64,000 nucleotides of DNA from the IMG/VR virus record IMGVR_UViG_3300049794_000047; one strand, given 5' to 3'. Position 1 is the first letter of the stretch, and each line of letters begins with the position of its first letter. Below are positions 10,001 through 21,085 of the stretch, piece by piece. Origin of the DNA: a virus. Lineage: Duplodnaviria > Caudoviricetes. The position numbers and the translations under genes are program-made. A model generated the notes under the pieces. It had not been told where the DNA came from, did not search any database, and worked only from the letters and a program-made list of their open reading frames with translations.

Positions 10001-10921
10001 GATGAGCCGCGCTAATTCGTCAGGACTGATCCGGCTTCCGCCGACACGCGGGCTGCCGCCTACCGTGTCCGAGCCGCCCCATGTATCTTCACCCACGTCT
10101 CCGCCCGCGCGCTCCACCGTGTTGCACAGGCTGTAAATAGCTTCAAGCTTGAACGGCACGAATGGCGACATGCGCCCCACGGTGTAGGACCAGCGACCGT
10201 CACCGCGTGCCCGCGCGGCAACGAAGGCGGGGATACCGTTGGCGAACAATCCGGTCCTCGCCTGCGCACCGATCTCACGCACCATCGTCCATCCTTGACC
10301 TCCACCGATGCGCTCGTAGCGCGTGTCGATGGCCAGCTCCTCGCCGCGACCGATCACGTGCTGCTCGATCCGGTGTGTCACGTCATCGATGATGGATCGA
10401 AAAGCGCGGGGGCTTTGGGCGTCTCGGCGATCGATTTGCCCGGACAGGCGGAACTGTCGGTACGGTTCAAAGATCCACGCGAGCTCCCGTAGCGCGGGCG
10501 CGTCCGCTGAGATCGGGTAGGCGCCCGCAGTCGCGTCCAGCGCGTCCTCAAGCGCGACGAGCCGGTTGAGACGGGGATTCATCGACTGCTGGCACAGGTA
10601 GTGGCGGCTAAGAAGATACCAGGAGGTGCAGACGTCCTCGTCACAGTCGTTCACGTATGCGATCGCGCGCGGCCCTTGGTCGTCCCGGAACACGTCAAAC
10701 AGCCTTTGCCGGGCCGCCATGAGCACCTGCGCACACGTCGATCGCGTTGCGAGTCGATCGACGTCCTCGTGGTGGTTGAAGTTGACGTGGGGACCGCGAT
10801 CGTTGAAGCGGGGCGCACCCGCCACGAATCCGTCAAGCGCGACGGAGAACCGGGGGGCCTCCGCGACGAAGCGCTCCCATGACCATGGCGGATCGCCGGG
10901 GGAAACGACGAGATCGATCAT
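9983..10921 (-). CDS. DHH-like phosphoesterase-fold protein
   Basis: ALDG, NFNHHE, NDCDED and C-terminal WGGS..VGGSPR motifs. Confidence 0.5.
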   Translation of the reverse strand: MIDLVVSPGDPPWSWERFVAEAPRFSVALDGFVAGAPRFNDRGPHVNFNHHEDVDRLATRSTCAQVLMAARQRLFDVFRDDQGPRAIAYVNDCDEDVCTSWYLLSRHYLCQQSMNPRLNRLVALEDALDATAGAYPISADAPALRELAWIFEPYRQFRLSGQIDRRDAQSPRAFRSIIDDVTHRIEQHVIGRGEELAIDTRYERIGGGQGWTMVREIGAQARTGLFANGIPAFVAARARGDGRWSYTVGRMSPFVPFKLEAIYSLCNTVERAGGDVGEDTWGGSDTVGGSPRVGGSRISPDELARLIDEVCR

Positions 10922-11041
10922 GACTCTTCCTCTGCTCTAGTGGTCATCGATCGACTTGCGACGGAAACAGAACGCGCCGAAGCGGTCGCCGATGGACGTG
11001 GTGAACGTGTTGGCGTGACGGCGCGTGTACGTACAGCAGTC

Positions 11042-11674
11042 ATTACTTTGGATGCACTTGCTCTAGCGTAAGGGGCTGGACTTTATTAACTTGGTCATTT
11101 GCCCGATTTTCGGACGAAGATCCACCCGAAATGACCAGGTTATTTCGTTCCAGCCCCTAAAGCCCTCTTTGGCATATATCTCGACGGGCTTGCCAGTCTG
11201 ATCCGCGATCTCATGTGCCCAGGCCATGAAAGCCCGCCGGACGCCAGCCCACACGCGTCCGTCCGTACCTTCGGGCCATACATGACGGAGCCGCATTATT
11301 TTTCGATCTCGACTCAGGCGCGCCACGTCTTGCCCCTGGAGCCGCTGACCACTGATCGCGCGACCTTCGATCTCCGTTTTGGGGTCGAGTCGACGGCGAA
11401 CTGGACTGTGTGCGAGGGAGCGTCGCGGTGTCCGTGGGTCTCCGAGGATTTCTTTGACCTCTTTGGCAAGCTGGGCCTCTGTTTTCTTCACGGGGTGGAT
11501 CTCCTCGCTTTGGACCTCTCCTTCGTCGTCAATATCGCGCGGGTCGTACAGCCACACTGACTCACTGAGCGCATTGGCTTTTTCTTGGGCGACGCGCCGC
11601 GCGTGGATCTCCGGGGCTAAACCAGCCGCTAGTTGATTTCCGTGTCCGGTGTCGATGTTCCAATATCTAGGCAT
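11042..11674 (-). CDS. hypothetical protein with KKTEAQLAKEVKEIL motif; C-terminus altered by MITE
   Basis: Without the MITE it ends ...KEGFTLEQVHPK*. Confidence 0.65.
11072..11157 (+). mobile_element. 86-bp MITE copy 1 (TSD TAA)
   Basis: TIR GGGGCTGGA...TCCAGCCCC flanked by TAA/TAA; replaces the C-terminus of the 11674 gene. Confidence 0.93.
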
Positions 11675-12373
11675 TGTTCAATATTCCCCATTCGGCCTGT
11701 CCTGCGCAAGTATTCGATCGTGGCTCTTGTGTAGCCCCCTTTCTGGTCATGAGACACCTGGGTGCACACCAGCGACGAGCCGCAGCGCTGCAGCGCCGGG
11801 GCTGTAGCGTTGCAGCGAGGGTTCGTTGAGCCTCGGTCTGTCCCAAGGCACCAAGACACCTCAAACGCCAGTCCCGACGAGAGGATCATCATGCGGGGTG
11901 CCCATTCATACGGGGGCCGCGCGACCGCGCGTTGTGATGGCGCGACCGCGCGTTGTGATGGCGCGCGGTCAGCTTGGTCCTCAGGCAGCGGACGGCGAGC
12001 TTTGGACTTGGATCGCCGATCAGCTTATGGCACGTCCAGTGCTCCCCGCTGCTCCTCGACTTCCTGCGCCATTCGCCGAGGCGCACGCTCGAAAGCTTCT
12101 TTCCAACTTACGCCGCGCCCCAGGACGACTCGCTGCCAGCGCGTTTGGAAGTCGGAGGCTGGAGTGTGGATCAACTCGATGTATCCGACCTCGTAGCGGT
12201 CAGTGACCGACTTACGATGGAGGCAGACAAAACCCTCGCGGTCGCCGATGGCTACGGTGGGCGAGGACGTATGGGCGCAGCGGTGCCACAGTGCACCCGC
12301 CTTGAGTTGGGCCTGATACTTGGTCATGACACTAGGTGGAGCAGGGAGCGTGCCAACGCCCTGGCGCCCCTAA

Positions 12374-12404
12374 GGGGCTGGAACGAAATAACCTGGTCGT
12401 TTCG
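12374..12404 (-). mobile_element. partial MITE end
   Basis: TAA-GGGGCTGGAACGAAATAACCTGGTC, then diverges. Confidence 0.8.
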
Positions 12405-12448
12405 TTGGCCCACCCGTCTCTGGGCGTCCTTTTCACCACGGGGTTCCT

Positions 12449-12524
12449 GGCGCTGACGCGCTGACGCGCTGACGCGCTGACGCGCTGACGCGCTGACGCG
12501 CTGACGCGCTGACGCGCTGACGCG
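12449..12524. repeat. 8-bp tandem repeat (CGCTGACG)x9
   Basis: Directly visible; intergenic. Confidence 0.95.
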
Positions 12525-12606
12525 CGCGACCGCAGCCGCAACGTGCTGTGGCATTCTGCCTGCGGCGCAGCCTTGACCGTACCTTCAAAAGGACGTAAGG
12601 AACAGC

Positions 12607-12981
12607 ATGGGCTCAGGCACGTACTACGCTGTCGGTTGGGGCTGCGCGGTGCTTCCTTCATGCAGTGAGGACAATCGTCAGCAGCTTTTTGGGATCTTCG
12701 AAGAACACGACATCCAAACCAGCTACCAGGGCGCGTCAGCCTATGCGGTTATCCCGCTGCTGAGCACCCTTGAAGGATGCTGCGACCGCGACCGCGACCG
12801 CGAGATCCCCAGCGGTGTGATGCCGATCGAGGAGTTGGCCGACGCTATCAAGAAGCAGGTGCGCGTGAAGGTCGCCCGAGCGACCAAGATTTGGCGGGCC
12901 GTTCAAGAGGCAGCGGCGACGCTTGATGTGCCGGTCAACCTGCCTGATGGGCGCCTGCTCTGGTTCTGCGATCACGACTAA
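12607..12981 (+). CDS. hypothetical protein
   Basis: 124 aa with AAGGA RBS. Confidence 0.6.
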   Translation: MGSGTYYAVGWGCAVLPSCSEDNRQQLFGIFEEHDIQTSYQGASAYAVIPLLSTLEGCCDRDRDREIPSGVMPIEELADAIKKQVRVKVARATKIWRAVQEAAATLDVPVNLPDGRLLWFCDHD

Positions 12982-13865
12982 CGAAAACGTCGCGTCACGG
13001 AGGACGTGCGACGCCGAGTTCTGGCCTCGACGTTGTCGCCATCCGACAGGGCGCTCGTGATCAAGGCACGCCCGCCCGGCGATACGCTTTAGCGCCATCG
13101 CGTACGGGACCGTGGACGACTGGCCTGCACATCCCAACTGTGGGGTTCCCGAGATCTAGGGTCTAAAAATACCCAGAGTCGCGTGAACAGGAAGCAGCCT
13201 GGCACATTTCCCACAATGCACGGCTCCCCAAATTCCGGTTGCGCCGCTACTGAAGCAGTATTATAAGTACAGTCGTGAAAACAGCGTTTATCACCGTGGT
13301 CGGGTTGCAGGATGGTCAGTACACCGCTGGGACAGCGCATCTACTCCGCCGCATCCGCGCGCACGGGGCTACGGCCACGGTCGCCAAGACGGGCCGCGTG
13401 ACGCTCACGACGAAGACCGGCGACCGTCGGGTCTATGTTCTCAAGATAGACCCGCGCGTTCGAGCATTCACCGAGGCTGATTACCGGAACGCGGATAGTC
13501 CTCTTACACACGCGCTGCGCGACCTCACTGAGGGTCAGGTATGATCGCGTCCATGCTACTCCGGCAATGCGCCTCCTCCGCGGGGGGTGGGAAGTGAGCG
13601 AGGTGGGGCAGCCGCGTCTGGGAACAGCGCCTGCGAGGCTGTGCCTCGTCGGCGCCGTGGGGCATCCTCTCATGATTTACGCACTGAGCCCCGATTCCAA
13701 GGGCGACCTCCGGGGCATATTCGCGCTGCAATGGGGACTGCGTATCGATCAGGTTCGCCTCAAGGTACTGAAGGCTAGTGGAATTTGCGAGATCGCCGCG
13801 CTGATTCAGGGCAAGCTTCCCGTGCTGATCAGCACCGACCCAGAGCACTGGTCCGACGAGGATTC

Positions 13866-14348
13866 GTGAAAGATCAACAGTGCGGCGGCGCGGAAGATCC
13901 CCAGTGGAGCGAGTTCCGGACCAGACTCGAAGCGTGGACCTCACTGGGCGGCGCGCCCGCACTTGCGCGCCGGATCCGCGTGGACGAAGCGATCCTCCAC
14001 CGCTGGCGCCGCGGGGACACTCGACCCATGGCCGGGGTACGCGACCAGATCCTCAAATGGATCACGCGCGCTGTTTCGCTTGAGGGCCTTCCTGAGCTGG
14101 ACGCCGCAGTGCCCGGCATGCCTGGAACCCAGACGCTCCGGGATGTCCAGGCCCGTCACGTTCTGCGCGTGCTCAAGGCATGCGGAGGCAACAAGTCGCA
14201 TGCCGCGCGCGCCCTGGGCATTGATCGTTGGTCACTGTACCGACGGATCGCATGGGCAGGCGAGGTTTTGAAGCGCGGTGAGGCAGACGATGAACCGGGG
14301 AGGATCGAGGGCCCTGGGGCTGTTTCGACGAAGCCTCCTGCAGGATAG
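13866..14348 (+). CDS. double-HTH protein (XRE-like + Fis-type HTH)
   Basis: LARRIRVDEAILHRWRRG and TLRDVQARHVLRVLKACGGNKSHAARALGIDRWSLYRRI. Confidence 0.75.
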   Translation: MKDQQCGGAEDPQWSEFRTRLEAWTSLGGAPALARRIRVDEAILHRWRRGDTRPMAGVRDQILKWITRAVSLEGLPELDAAVPGMPGTQTLRDVQARHVLRVLKACGGNKSHAARALGIDRWSLYRRIAWAGEVLKRGEADDEPGRIEGPGAVSTKPPAG

Positions 14349-14952
14349 CGAGTGCCGTTGAGCGTGGGAGTTGCACCGGCTGCACCCGCGGCGACGGCGA
14401 CGCTCCGGCGCAAGCGAAGGTGACGGGCGACGAGGGACGAGGGAAGCTCTGTAAGAAGCCCTTGCTGACCAGTAGTCGCGTGCCTCCTGTTTGAACCTTG
14501 TGTAGGGGTTATGGCGATCCTCCCCATGTAGCCGCAGCTCCTACCATGGAGGGTACGGGGCAAGGTTCGGACATGCTTGTGGATCCAGGTGTGTTCTCCC
14601 TGTTCTCCCCTATTATAAAGGAAGTAGTACAGGAGAAAGAAACATAGGCACCTCACGAAAGCGGCCCCGCCCTGATAGAGGTTGGGGGGATCATTCGTAC
14701 AAGGGGGATCAGGGCGAGGGAGTTCCGTGGAAAGCTTTGGTGTAAATAACCAAGTGTACCAAATAGTTAGGCCTGGTCTAGGCCTGGTTTACCCCTCGTT
14801 TAGGGCTGTACGTTCAGCCGATCAGCCGTGCCTCCTCTGAGCTTTCCGTAAGGAGCTCCTAACGGTAGAGCCCGCGGATGAAACAGCTTCAAGACTGAGG
14901 TCGGTTAGTAGGAGCTTGACTCTGGTCTTCACAAGGTGTAAAATCCTACGAG

Positions 14953-15027
14953 ATGTTTCACGATGGGTACACCAAAAGACAGGTGGCCCTATACTTGCAA
15001 GGCTCTATCAAAGCGGCCCTGAAGTGA
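14953..15027 (+). CDS. mini-TnpA leader peptide (24 aa)
   Basis: MFHDGYTKRQVALYLQGSIKAALK*; GTGA overlap with tnpB. Confidence 0.7.
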   Translation: MFHDGYTKRQVALYLQGSIKAALK

Positions 15028-16193
15028 GAAAACCAGCGACTCCAAATACGGTGGATCGCGGACACGTAATTCGCCTCGATCCGACCTTTGCCCAGGCGAA
15101 CGCACTCTCCCGTGCCTGTGGAGTTTCGCGCTTCGTATACAACTGGGGTCTCTCCGAATGGGATCGGCAGTATAAGGCGGGAGAGAAGCCCACCGCGCAG
15201 AAGCTCAAGAAGCAATTCAACGCGATCAAGCGTGAGCAGTGGCCGTGGATGACGGAGAGTCCTCGCGATGCAAACAGTCAGCCGTTCGCAGATCTGGGAC
15301 GCGCCTACTCCAATTTCTTCGCTTCCTGCAAAGGAACGCGGAGGGGCCGCAAGATCGGGCGGCCGACCTATCGTAAGCGTGGCGTTCACGACTCCTTCTA
15401 CGTTGCCAACGACAAGTTCAAGGTCTGGCAACGCGGCAAGCGGGGAGTCGTCCGCCTACCCGTGATCGGCGATGTGCGGATGAGGGAACCCCTGCGCTGG
15501 CAGGGGAAGATCCTCTCCGCCCGGGTGTATCGCAGGGCGGATCAGTGGTTCATCGCGATCAACGTGGAGACGCGCGTCACGAAGCCCCACGTTCACTCTC
15601 GCGCAATTGTCGGAGTGGATCTTGGGCTCCGGACCGCCATGGTCCCCTCGCACGGCGATCCCATCGACGGCCCGAAGCCTCTTCGTACAGATCTACAGCG
15701 TAGCGCTCGCGCGAATCGCGAGCTCCACCGTCGAAAGAAAGGAGGGGCGAACCGAAACAAGTCTCGAATCAGGGTGGCCCGCATTCACCAGCGGATCGCC
15801 AACGTTCGGAAGGACTGGTGGCACAAGGTCACCACCGATCTCTGTCGTGATAACCAAACGATTGTGATCGAAGACCTGCAAATAGACTTCATGCGGAAGA
15901 ACCGTCGATTGTCGAGAGCGGTGCTGGATGTGGCGCCCGGGATGTTCCGACCCCTGCTGCTCTACAAGGCGGCTGTGTACGGCAGTCAGATCATCCTTGC
16001 GGATCGACACTATCCCTCGACACAGCGATGTTCGGGCTGCGGAAACATCAAGACGGGGGACAACAAGCTGGGTCTTGGCGTGTCTAGGTATTTCTGTGCC
16101 AAGTGCGGTTATCAAGAAGATCGAGATCGGAATGCCGCACTAAATCTTGAGCAGTACCCTCGGCTTGAGGGGAACTGGAGTCGCGAGACTTGA
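15024..16193 (+). CDS. tnpB: TnpB RNA-guided nuclease (IS607 type)
   Basis: VGVDLG / IVIEDL / DRDRNAALNL; CSGC..CAKC; close paralog of 1049..2320. Confidence 0.93.
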   Translation: MRKPATPNTVDRGHVIRLDPTFAQANALSRACGVSRFVYNWGLSEWDRQYKAGEKPTAQKLKKQFNAIKREQWPWMTESPRDANSQPFADLGRAYSNFFASCKGTRRGRKIGRPTYRKRGVHDSFYVANDKFKVWQRGKRGVVRLPVIGDVRMREPLRWQGKILSARVYRRADQWFIAINVETRVTKPHVHSRAIVGVDLGLRTAMVPSHGDPIDGPKPLRTDLQRSARANRELHRRKKGGANRNKSRIRVARIHQRIANVRKDWWHKVTTDLCRDNQTIVIEDLQIDFMRKNRRLSRAVLDVAPGMFRPLLLYKAAVYGSQIILADRHYPSTQRCSGCGNIKTGDNKLGLGVSRYFCAKCGYQEDRDRNAALNLEQYPRLEGNWSRET

Positions 16194-16310
16194 ACGTCCA
16201 TGGATGATCGTGCCTCTACCAGGGCTGCGAAAAGCAGAGCTGGCAAGCGTGATCTGTGAAGTGGAAACTAAACCGTGAGTTTTCCCAAAGACTCATAAAT
16301 TAGGAAGCAG
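16190..16310 (+). ncRNA. putative TnpB omega/reRNA scaffold
   Basis: Conserved with the right end of copy 1. Confidence 0.7.
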
Positions 16311-16947
16311 GAGGTGGGACCGTCGGAGTCTCGTGATGAGGCATCGAACCTCAACCGGACCCCCTCCAGATCCTTCGTGCCGTGACCTCATTTGGCGGGG
16401 CACCAAGGGCCGTCCGCGTCTGGCCCGGTGAGAGCGCCGATTTGATACCGTCTTGCCGCCGGCGTACGCGACCGGGGCGTCGATCAGGAACTTCAATCTT
16501 TCGCCACACCTTGCGCAGAGCGGGGGTTGTTGTGCGATTCTCAACGACACAGCGAAAACAGGGGTACCCCTCATGAGGCAGCAAGTTTTGATCGAGTTCG
16601 TCGTCGACGTTCCCAACGAGGGGGTCGCGCGAGACGTAGAAACGCGGATCCGCTACGAGCACCTCGCACGTTTGTGCGACGAGCTCCAATCGGTGACCGG
16701 CTACGAGCCTCTCCGGGCGCCGGGCCAGCGGGGGCTCTACGTCACTACCGAGCCCGTGACCTGGAGCCCTACCGAGCAGGAGTGGGTCGCCCTGGACGAC
16801 GACGGTAGCGCCAACGGGTGATGCAACCTGTTCGTGATGTCCGCGTTGCTGTGTCACGTGCGGCGCTGCAGAACGTGCGTCTTCACCGCGGAGCTCGCGC
16901 GGGCTAGACGCAGGTGCGACGGTGAGGAGCCCGTCGTGAACGACCTG

Positions 16948-17304
16948 ATGACCAAGGCGCGTCGCGCGTCGCGCGCACGCTCACCAACAAGGAGTTGCTC
17001 CACGTGCGGACCGCGATCCGTTTCCTGCGGTACCGCGTGGGCGGATGGCAGCCGCTCGCTGACGCCCTCGGGGGTCAAGGCCGACACGATCGGCAAGGTA
17101 CTCCGCGGCGGACGCTCCGTCACGGCGAGTCTGGCCTACAGTGTCGCACGCCTGACCGACGTGTCGATCGACGACCTGCTCGCGGGGGCGTGGCTCTCAC
17201 CACGGACGTGCCCGCACTGTGGGCGCCCGCCAGACGACTTCGTTGACGAGGAGACCGTCGTCGAAGATCGCCCGCGGGAGACTGGGCTCAGGATCGTCAA
17301 GTAG
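16948..17304 (+). pseudogene. HTH-zinc-ribbon gene with two compensating frameshifts
   Basis: VRTAIRFLRYRVGGWQPLADALG in one frame; GVKADTIGKVLRG..CPHCGRPPDDFVDEETVVE in another. Confidence 0.75.
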
Positions 17305-17307
17305 GCC

Positions 17308-17358
17308 GGGACAGAATTCGCGGAAAAGTTCCATTTTGTCCCGGGAAATGGTAAACAG
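17308..17358 (+). promoter_or_regulatory. palindrome GGGACAGAAT-N15-ATTTTGTCCC followed by a TGgTAAACA box
   Basis: Homologous to 41300-41349 on the minus strand. Confidence 0.55.
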
Positions 17359-17368
17359 AGAGCCTCCA

Positions 17369-18007
17369 ATGCCAACTCGCACATCACCTTCTCAGCTCGA
17401 TCGGGACATCGAAGCGACCGTGGGCAAGCGGATCGATCGCAAGAAACTCGCTGGGCTGATGTTGCCCTGGGGCAGCGACTCCTCTTATGGCCAGGGCTCG
17501 GGCGCGATCGGTGCGGTGGCGAGTTACTACAGCGACGGAAAGAAATACCCCGATCGTAAGTGGGTCGAGAGGGCTCTCAAGCAGGTCAACGAGGACCTCC
17601 CGAGGGCCGAGGAGGGAGCGCATGGCTGGACCAAGGCCGATGCTAAGACCCTGCGAACAATCGCGGCTGGTTTGAGGCACTATCTCGTGCACGACTACAA
17701 GGCAGGGGACATCTCGCACAGTACTAGAGGCCGGACTCCAATGACCACGCACAGGAGTCATGCCGCGATTAAGACGATTAGCCCGGTACAGATGTCGCAA
17801 CTCAACATTGCCGCGGATTACGGACGTAAGGCACAGCGTGCTGGACACGGGCTTAGTCCTGGAACGGATGCTCCGTTTCAAGCGTGGCGCCGCTTGGCTA
17901 GACTGTCCCCCATTCCTGGGAATCACGCGTGGATGTCTGGGTGGTTCGAAGCCAAAAACCCGGGCCGCTCCGTCAACTTCATGTCAGCGGCTCATGAGGT
18001 GATCTAG
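17369..18007 (+). CDS. hypothetical protein with TSPSQLDRDI and SHS/SHA motifs
   Basis: 212 aa; motif shared with four other ORFs. Confidence 0.65.
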   Translation: MPTRTSPSQLDRDIEATVGKRIDRKKLAGLMLPWGSDSSYGQGSGAIGAVASYYSDGKKYPDRKWVERALKQVNEDLPRAEEGAHGWTKADAKTLRTIAAGLRHYLVHDYKAGDISHSTRGRTPMTTHRSHAAIKTISPVQMSQLNIAADYGRKAQRAGHGLSPGTDAPFQAWRRLARLSPIPGNHAWMSGWFEAKNPGRSVNFMSAAHEVI

Positions 18008-18164
18008 TTCCCCTCGCAGCGACAGCAGCGGAGCGTGCCCCCCAGCGCACGCGGCAGTATAAACAGCACGGAGGTTTCGCGACGAACACGGGTCCTGCGC
18101 GCGCGACGGCTATATGTCTCATCAACCCGTCGACAGCCACCGTGTCTAGGCTGCACGGCGGCGG

Positions 18165-18400
18165 TCAGCGCGACTGGCGGGCTCGCTTGGGGACCCGGGT
18201 CATGGTTCGCTTGTGCCTGCCGGGGGGGCCCGGGTCATGGTTCGCTTGTGCCTGCCGGGGGGACCGGCAGGCAGCGTCGTGACGGCCTCGTCGGCTGTGA
18301 CGGCGAGGGGCTCCAACTCGACCAGGGCGTCGTAGGGGCGCCGGATCAGGAGGTCCCCACGTTTCCTGACGGTCGTCGGCGTCGGCGTCGGCCTCGGAGC
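18165..18400 (-). pseudogene. degraded paralog of 39563..39880
   Basis: YDALVELEPLAVTADEAVTTLP vs YSDLVELEGLAVTADEYVTALP; internal ~36-bp duplication. Confidence 0.6.
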
Positions 18401-18563
18401 CTCCGGGCCCGCTTGCCGTTGAGCTCAATGTGCGGAACACGGCGGTGGGAGTATGCATTCAGCCGACGTGTCACGTGCGAAATGCTGAAGATGTCGTTAA
18501 ATATTGTCGGAGCTCCATGAGCGCCTGCCGGTGCTCCAGTTGGCGGGCTACGGTTGTCACAAG

Positions 18564-19187
18564 ATGTTCGCTCCAATGTCACTCGACCTGAAGGGCTTGT
18601 TCCGCGATCCTGCCATGTTCAACTCAAGCAGCCGCTGGCGAAAAGCAGGCTTTTCCGTCGAGGGCAACGGTGTCCAGAGCGACATCATGGTTGCCAGCCA
18701 TCCTTCGGCGAGCGGCTATCTGTTCAAGAAGTACAGCCGGAAGATCTCCTTGAAGGATCAACGTAAGAACTACCGTTGCCGCATCAAGGGAGCCGAAAAA
18801 CTGCGGGAACTCCTCGCAGCTCAGCGCCTGACGCAGATCGTTGTTCCGCGGAAACACCTGCATGAGTTGCCCCCCGAATTCTGTCACAAGGGCGTGCCAG
18901 CCTACGTGCTCATCGTGGAGCGGTTGGTCCTTCTGGACTCCACGCAGTCCAAGCAGAGGTACCGCCAAATCGACACCGAGACCCTGCGGCAGTTCTGCAC
19001 GGTGCTTCGCACGTTTCGCGGCCTCGATTCTGGCGTCAGAAACGTACCCTTCACCGACAGGGGACAGATCGCTTTTGTGGATACGGAGCGTTGGGACAAC
19101 GAGAAGAAGGGCTCCCTCCGACGTATCCACCCGTACCTATCCGACGAGCGACGGGCGTTTGCAGCGGCGATTTTCAACATGCGGTGA
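18564..19187 (+). CDS. protein-kinase-like fold protein
   Basis: YLFKKY, IVVPRK, LIVERL, LDSGVRNV (D-x4-N) and IAFVDTE. Confidence 0.55.
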   Translation: MFAPMSLDLKGLFRDPAMFNSSSRWRKAGFSVEGNGVQSDIMVASHPSASGYLFKKYSRKISLKDQRKNYRCRIKGAEKLRELLAAQRLTQIVVPRKHLHELPPEFCHKGVPAYVLIVERLVLLDSTQSKQRYRQIDTETLRQFCTVLRTFRGLDSGVRNVPFTDRGQIAFVDTERWDNEKKGSLRRIHPYLSDERRAFAAAIFNMR

Positions 19188-19441
19188 TGGGGGGCTCTTG
19201 GGGCGCGTGGACGTGCTCCGCTAGGGCGACCTCGCGCACCGGCGCGCGATCGTGTTCTAGAGATGTGCCGCTCACATACATAGAGTACTGGGGGAGTAAC
19301 AAAAATTAGAGACCCCCTGTCGTGGTCGCTCTGCCGTAGGCGCCTTATCGGTGGAGCGGACGGATCAGGATGTTGCGGCGGCCGTCATGTTGACGACGCG
19401 CGTGGCCCCCTCGGCGTTCGTCCAAGAAAGAGAAGATCGAG

Positions 19442-20924
19442 ATGCATAGGCAACGATGGTGGATGGCGACGACCGCGGCCCTGGCGCTGGTGGGGTGCGA
19501 GACAATGAGCGCGACGAGCGACGTGGCGGACGGACGCTTCGCGGAGGCCCGGGCGATCGACACGATCCTCCCTGCAGCCTGCGACTACCCACAGGCGTTC
19601 GGCCCCCCTACGCACGCCGGCGCAGCGTGCCCCGAGGTGCGCGGGATGAAGGTGGTGGCCACGATCACCCAGGATCCGGACGCGGAGAACGAGGCCAGCG
19701 GCTTCCTGCAGGTGCACGAAGGACCTCCGCTGACGTCCGGCAACTTCGTGATCGTGCCGTCGAAGGAAGGGTTCACGACTCGATCGAACCGCGGTACCGA
19801 GCACTATCATGTGCAAGCGTTCCGATGGGCGCCATCGGTGACGTCGCCTGACGTAACGCTCGTTCCCCTGTGGACGACGAAAACCGACTGGCAGCCCGTC
19901 GACAGCATCGTGGGCTCACTCGGCAGCTACACCAATGGCTACGTGGCACAGTTCGGGCCCGCGGTGGCCCAACGGGAGCGTCTACCTGCCGGCGCGCGCC
20001 GGGCGTCTTCTCCGAGTCAGCCTGACGAGCAGTGCCGTGACCGCGACGATCGATCCGCTCGCCGGCACACCGTTCGCTGGCGATGCGCGCGCGATCGTGG
20101 TGAACGCGATCTCGACCGACGCGGTCGGCAACCTGTACTATGCCGTGATCACTGCCGGCGGGACCGTCAACCTTGGCAACGATCCGGACTTCAACAGTCC
20201 GGTGCGGTTCCGCGGACCGGATCTGATGGATTCAGCGCCCGTCATCGCGCCTAACGGTGATCGCTCGATCGGCGGCTACGACGGTGGGTTCTCCTTCGGC
20301 GGAGATTACGACGGGCGCGGCGCGGGCGTCGTATTTCATCGCGACGGATCGTTCGCGGCCAAGAACGAGGAGTTTTGGTGGGAGGTCACGCCGACGGTGT
20401 GGCGACATGACGGCACGTTCTCCTACCTTCAGGACAGGCAGTTATACTCCGATCTCGAGCTGTCGGTGGGCCAGTACGCGCCGGGGCAGGATCTCGAGAC
20501 GATCAGCACGATTCCGCTCGACCTCGATCCGGTTGCGATCGATTTTCTTGACGCGCACATCGTGTTCGGGCCCGGCGGCGACCGCTATGCCGTCAACGGC
20601 AACGGACACCTGTACAAGTTCGCCGCGGGAAGTGAGTTGCCGGTGGACGCCGTCGAGCTGCCCAACGCAGATGGATCGCTAGGCATGGAAGGGCTGTCGT
20701 CGTACTTCGCGCGTGACCGGGCCGGTCGAATTTACGTCTCCTTCGCCGGCCAGGTAACCGTGATTGGATCGGACGGAGCCGCCTCCACCAGCGCTGGCGA
20801 GGCACACGTCCGGGTGGCGGCCTCTCGAGTGACGGCACCGGAGGGCCGAGCGCGGCTTGCTGCTGGTGCGGCTGCCAAGCGGGCGGCAAGCCGTGCGTTT
20901 ACCCCGCCGCTGCCGCCGCAGTAG
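19442..20924 (+). pseudogene. frameshifted secreted lipoprotein
   Basis: Lipobox LALVGC; frame switch near 19970 into the 19935..20924 ORF. Confidence 0.55.
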
Positions 20925-21085
20925 CAGATCTTGATCCGCCGATCCGCAGGCGACGGTCAATCCGCCGGCGACGATCACCGCGCCGTGGCTCTTTGACCGC
21001 GCGTCGTCGATCCGCGGTATTGCGCGTTGCAGCAGCGCGGTACTGGCAGCGAGGTGCACGGTGGTCGCGCGGTGTGATCAAGCCT

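Larger units (their letters stand above)
14915..16310 (+). mobile_element. non-autonomous IS607-family element copy 2
   Basis: AGGAG|CTTGACTCTGGTCT left junction and AGCAG right end; homologous to 1011-2453. Confidence 0.85.
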
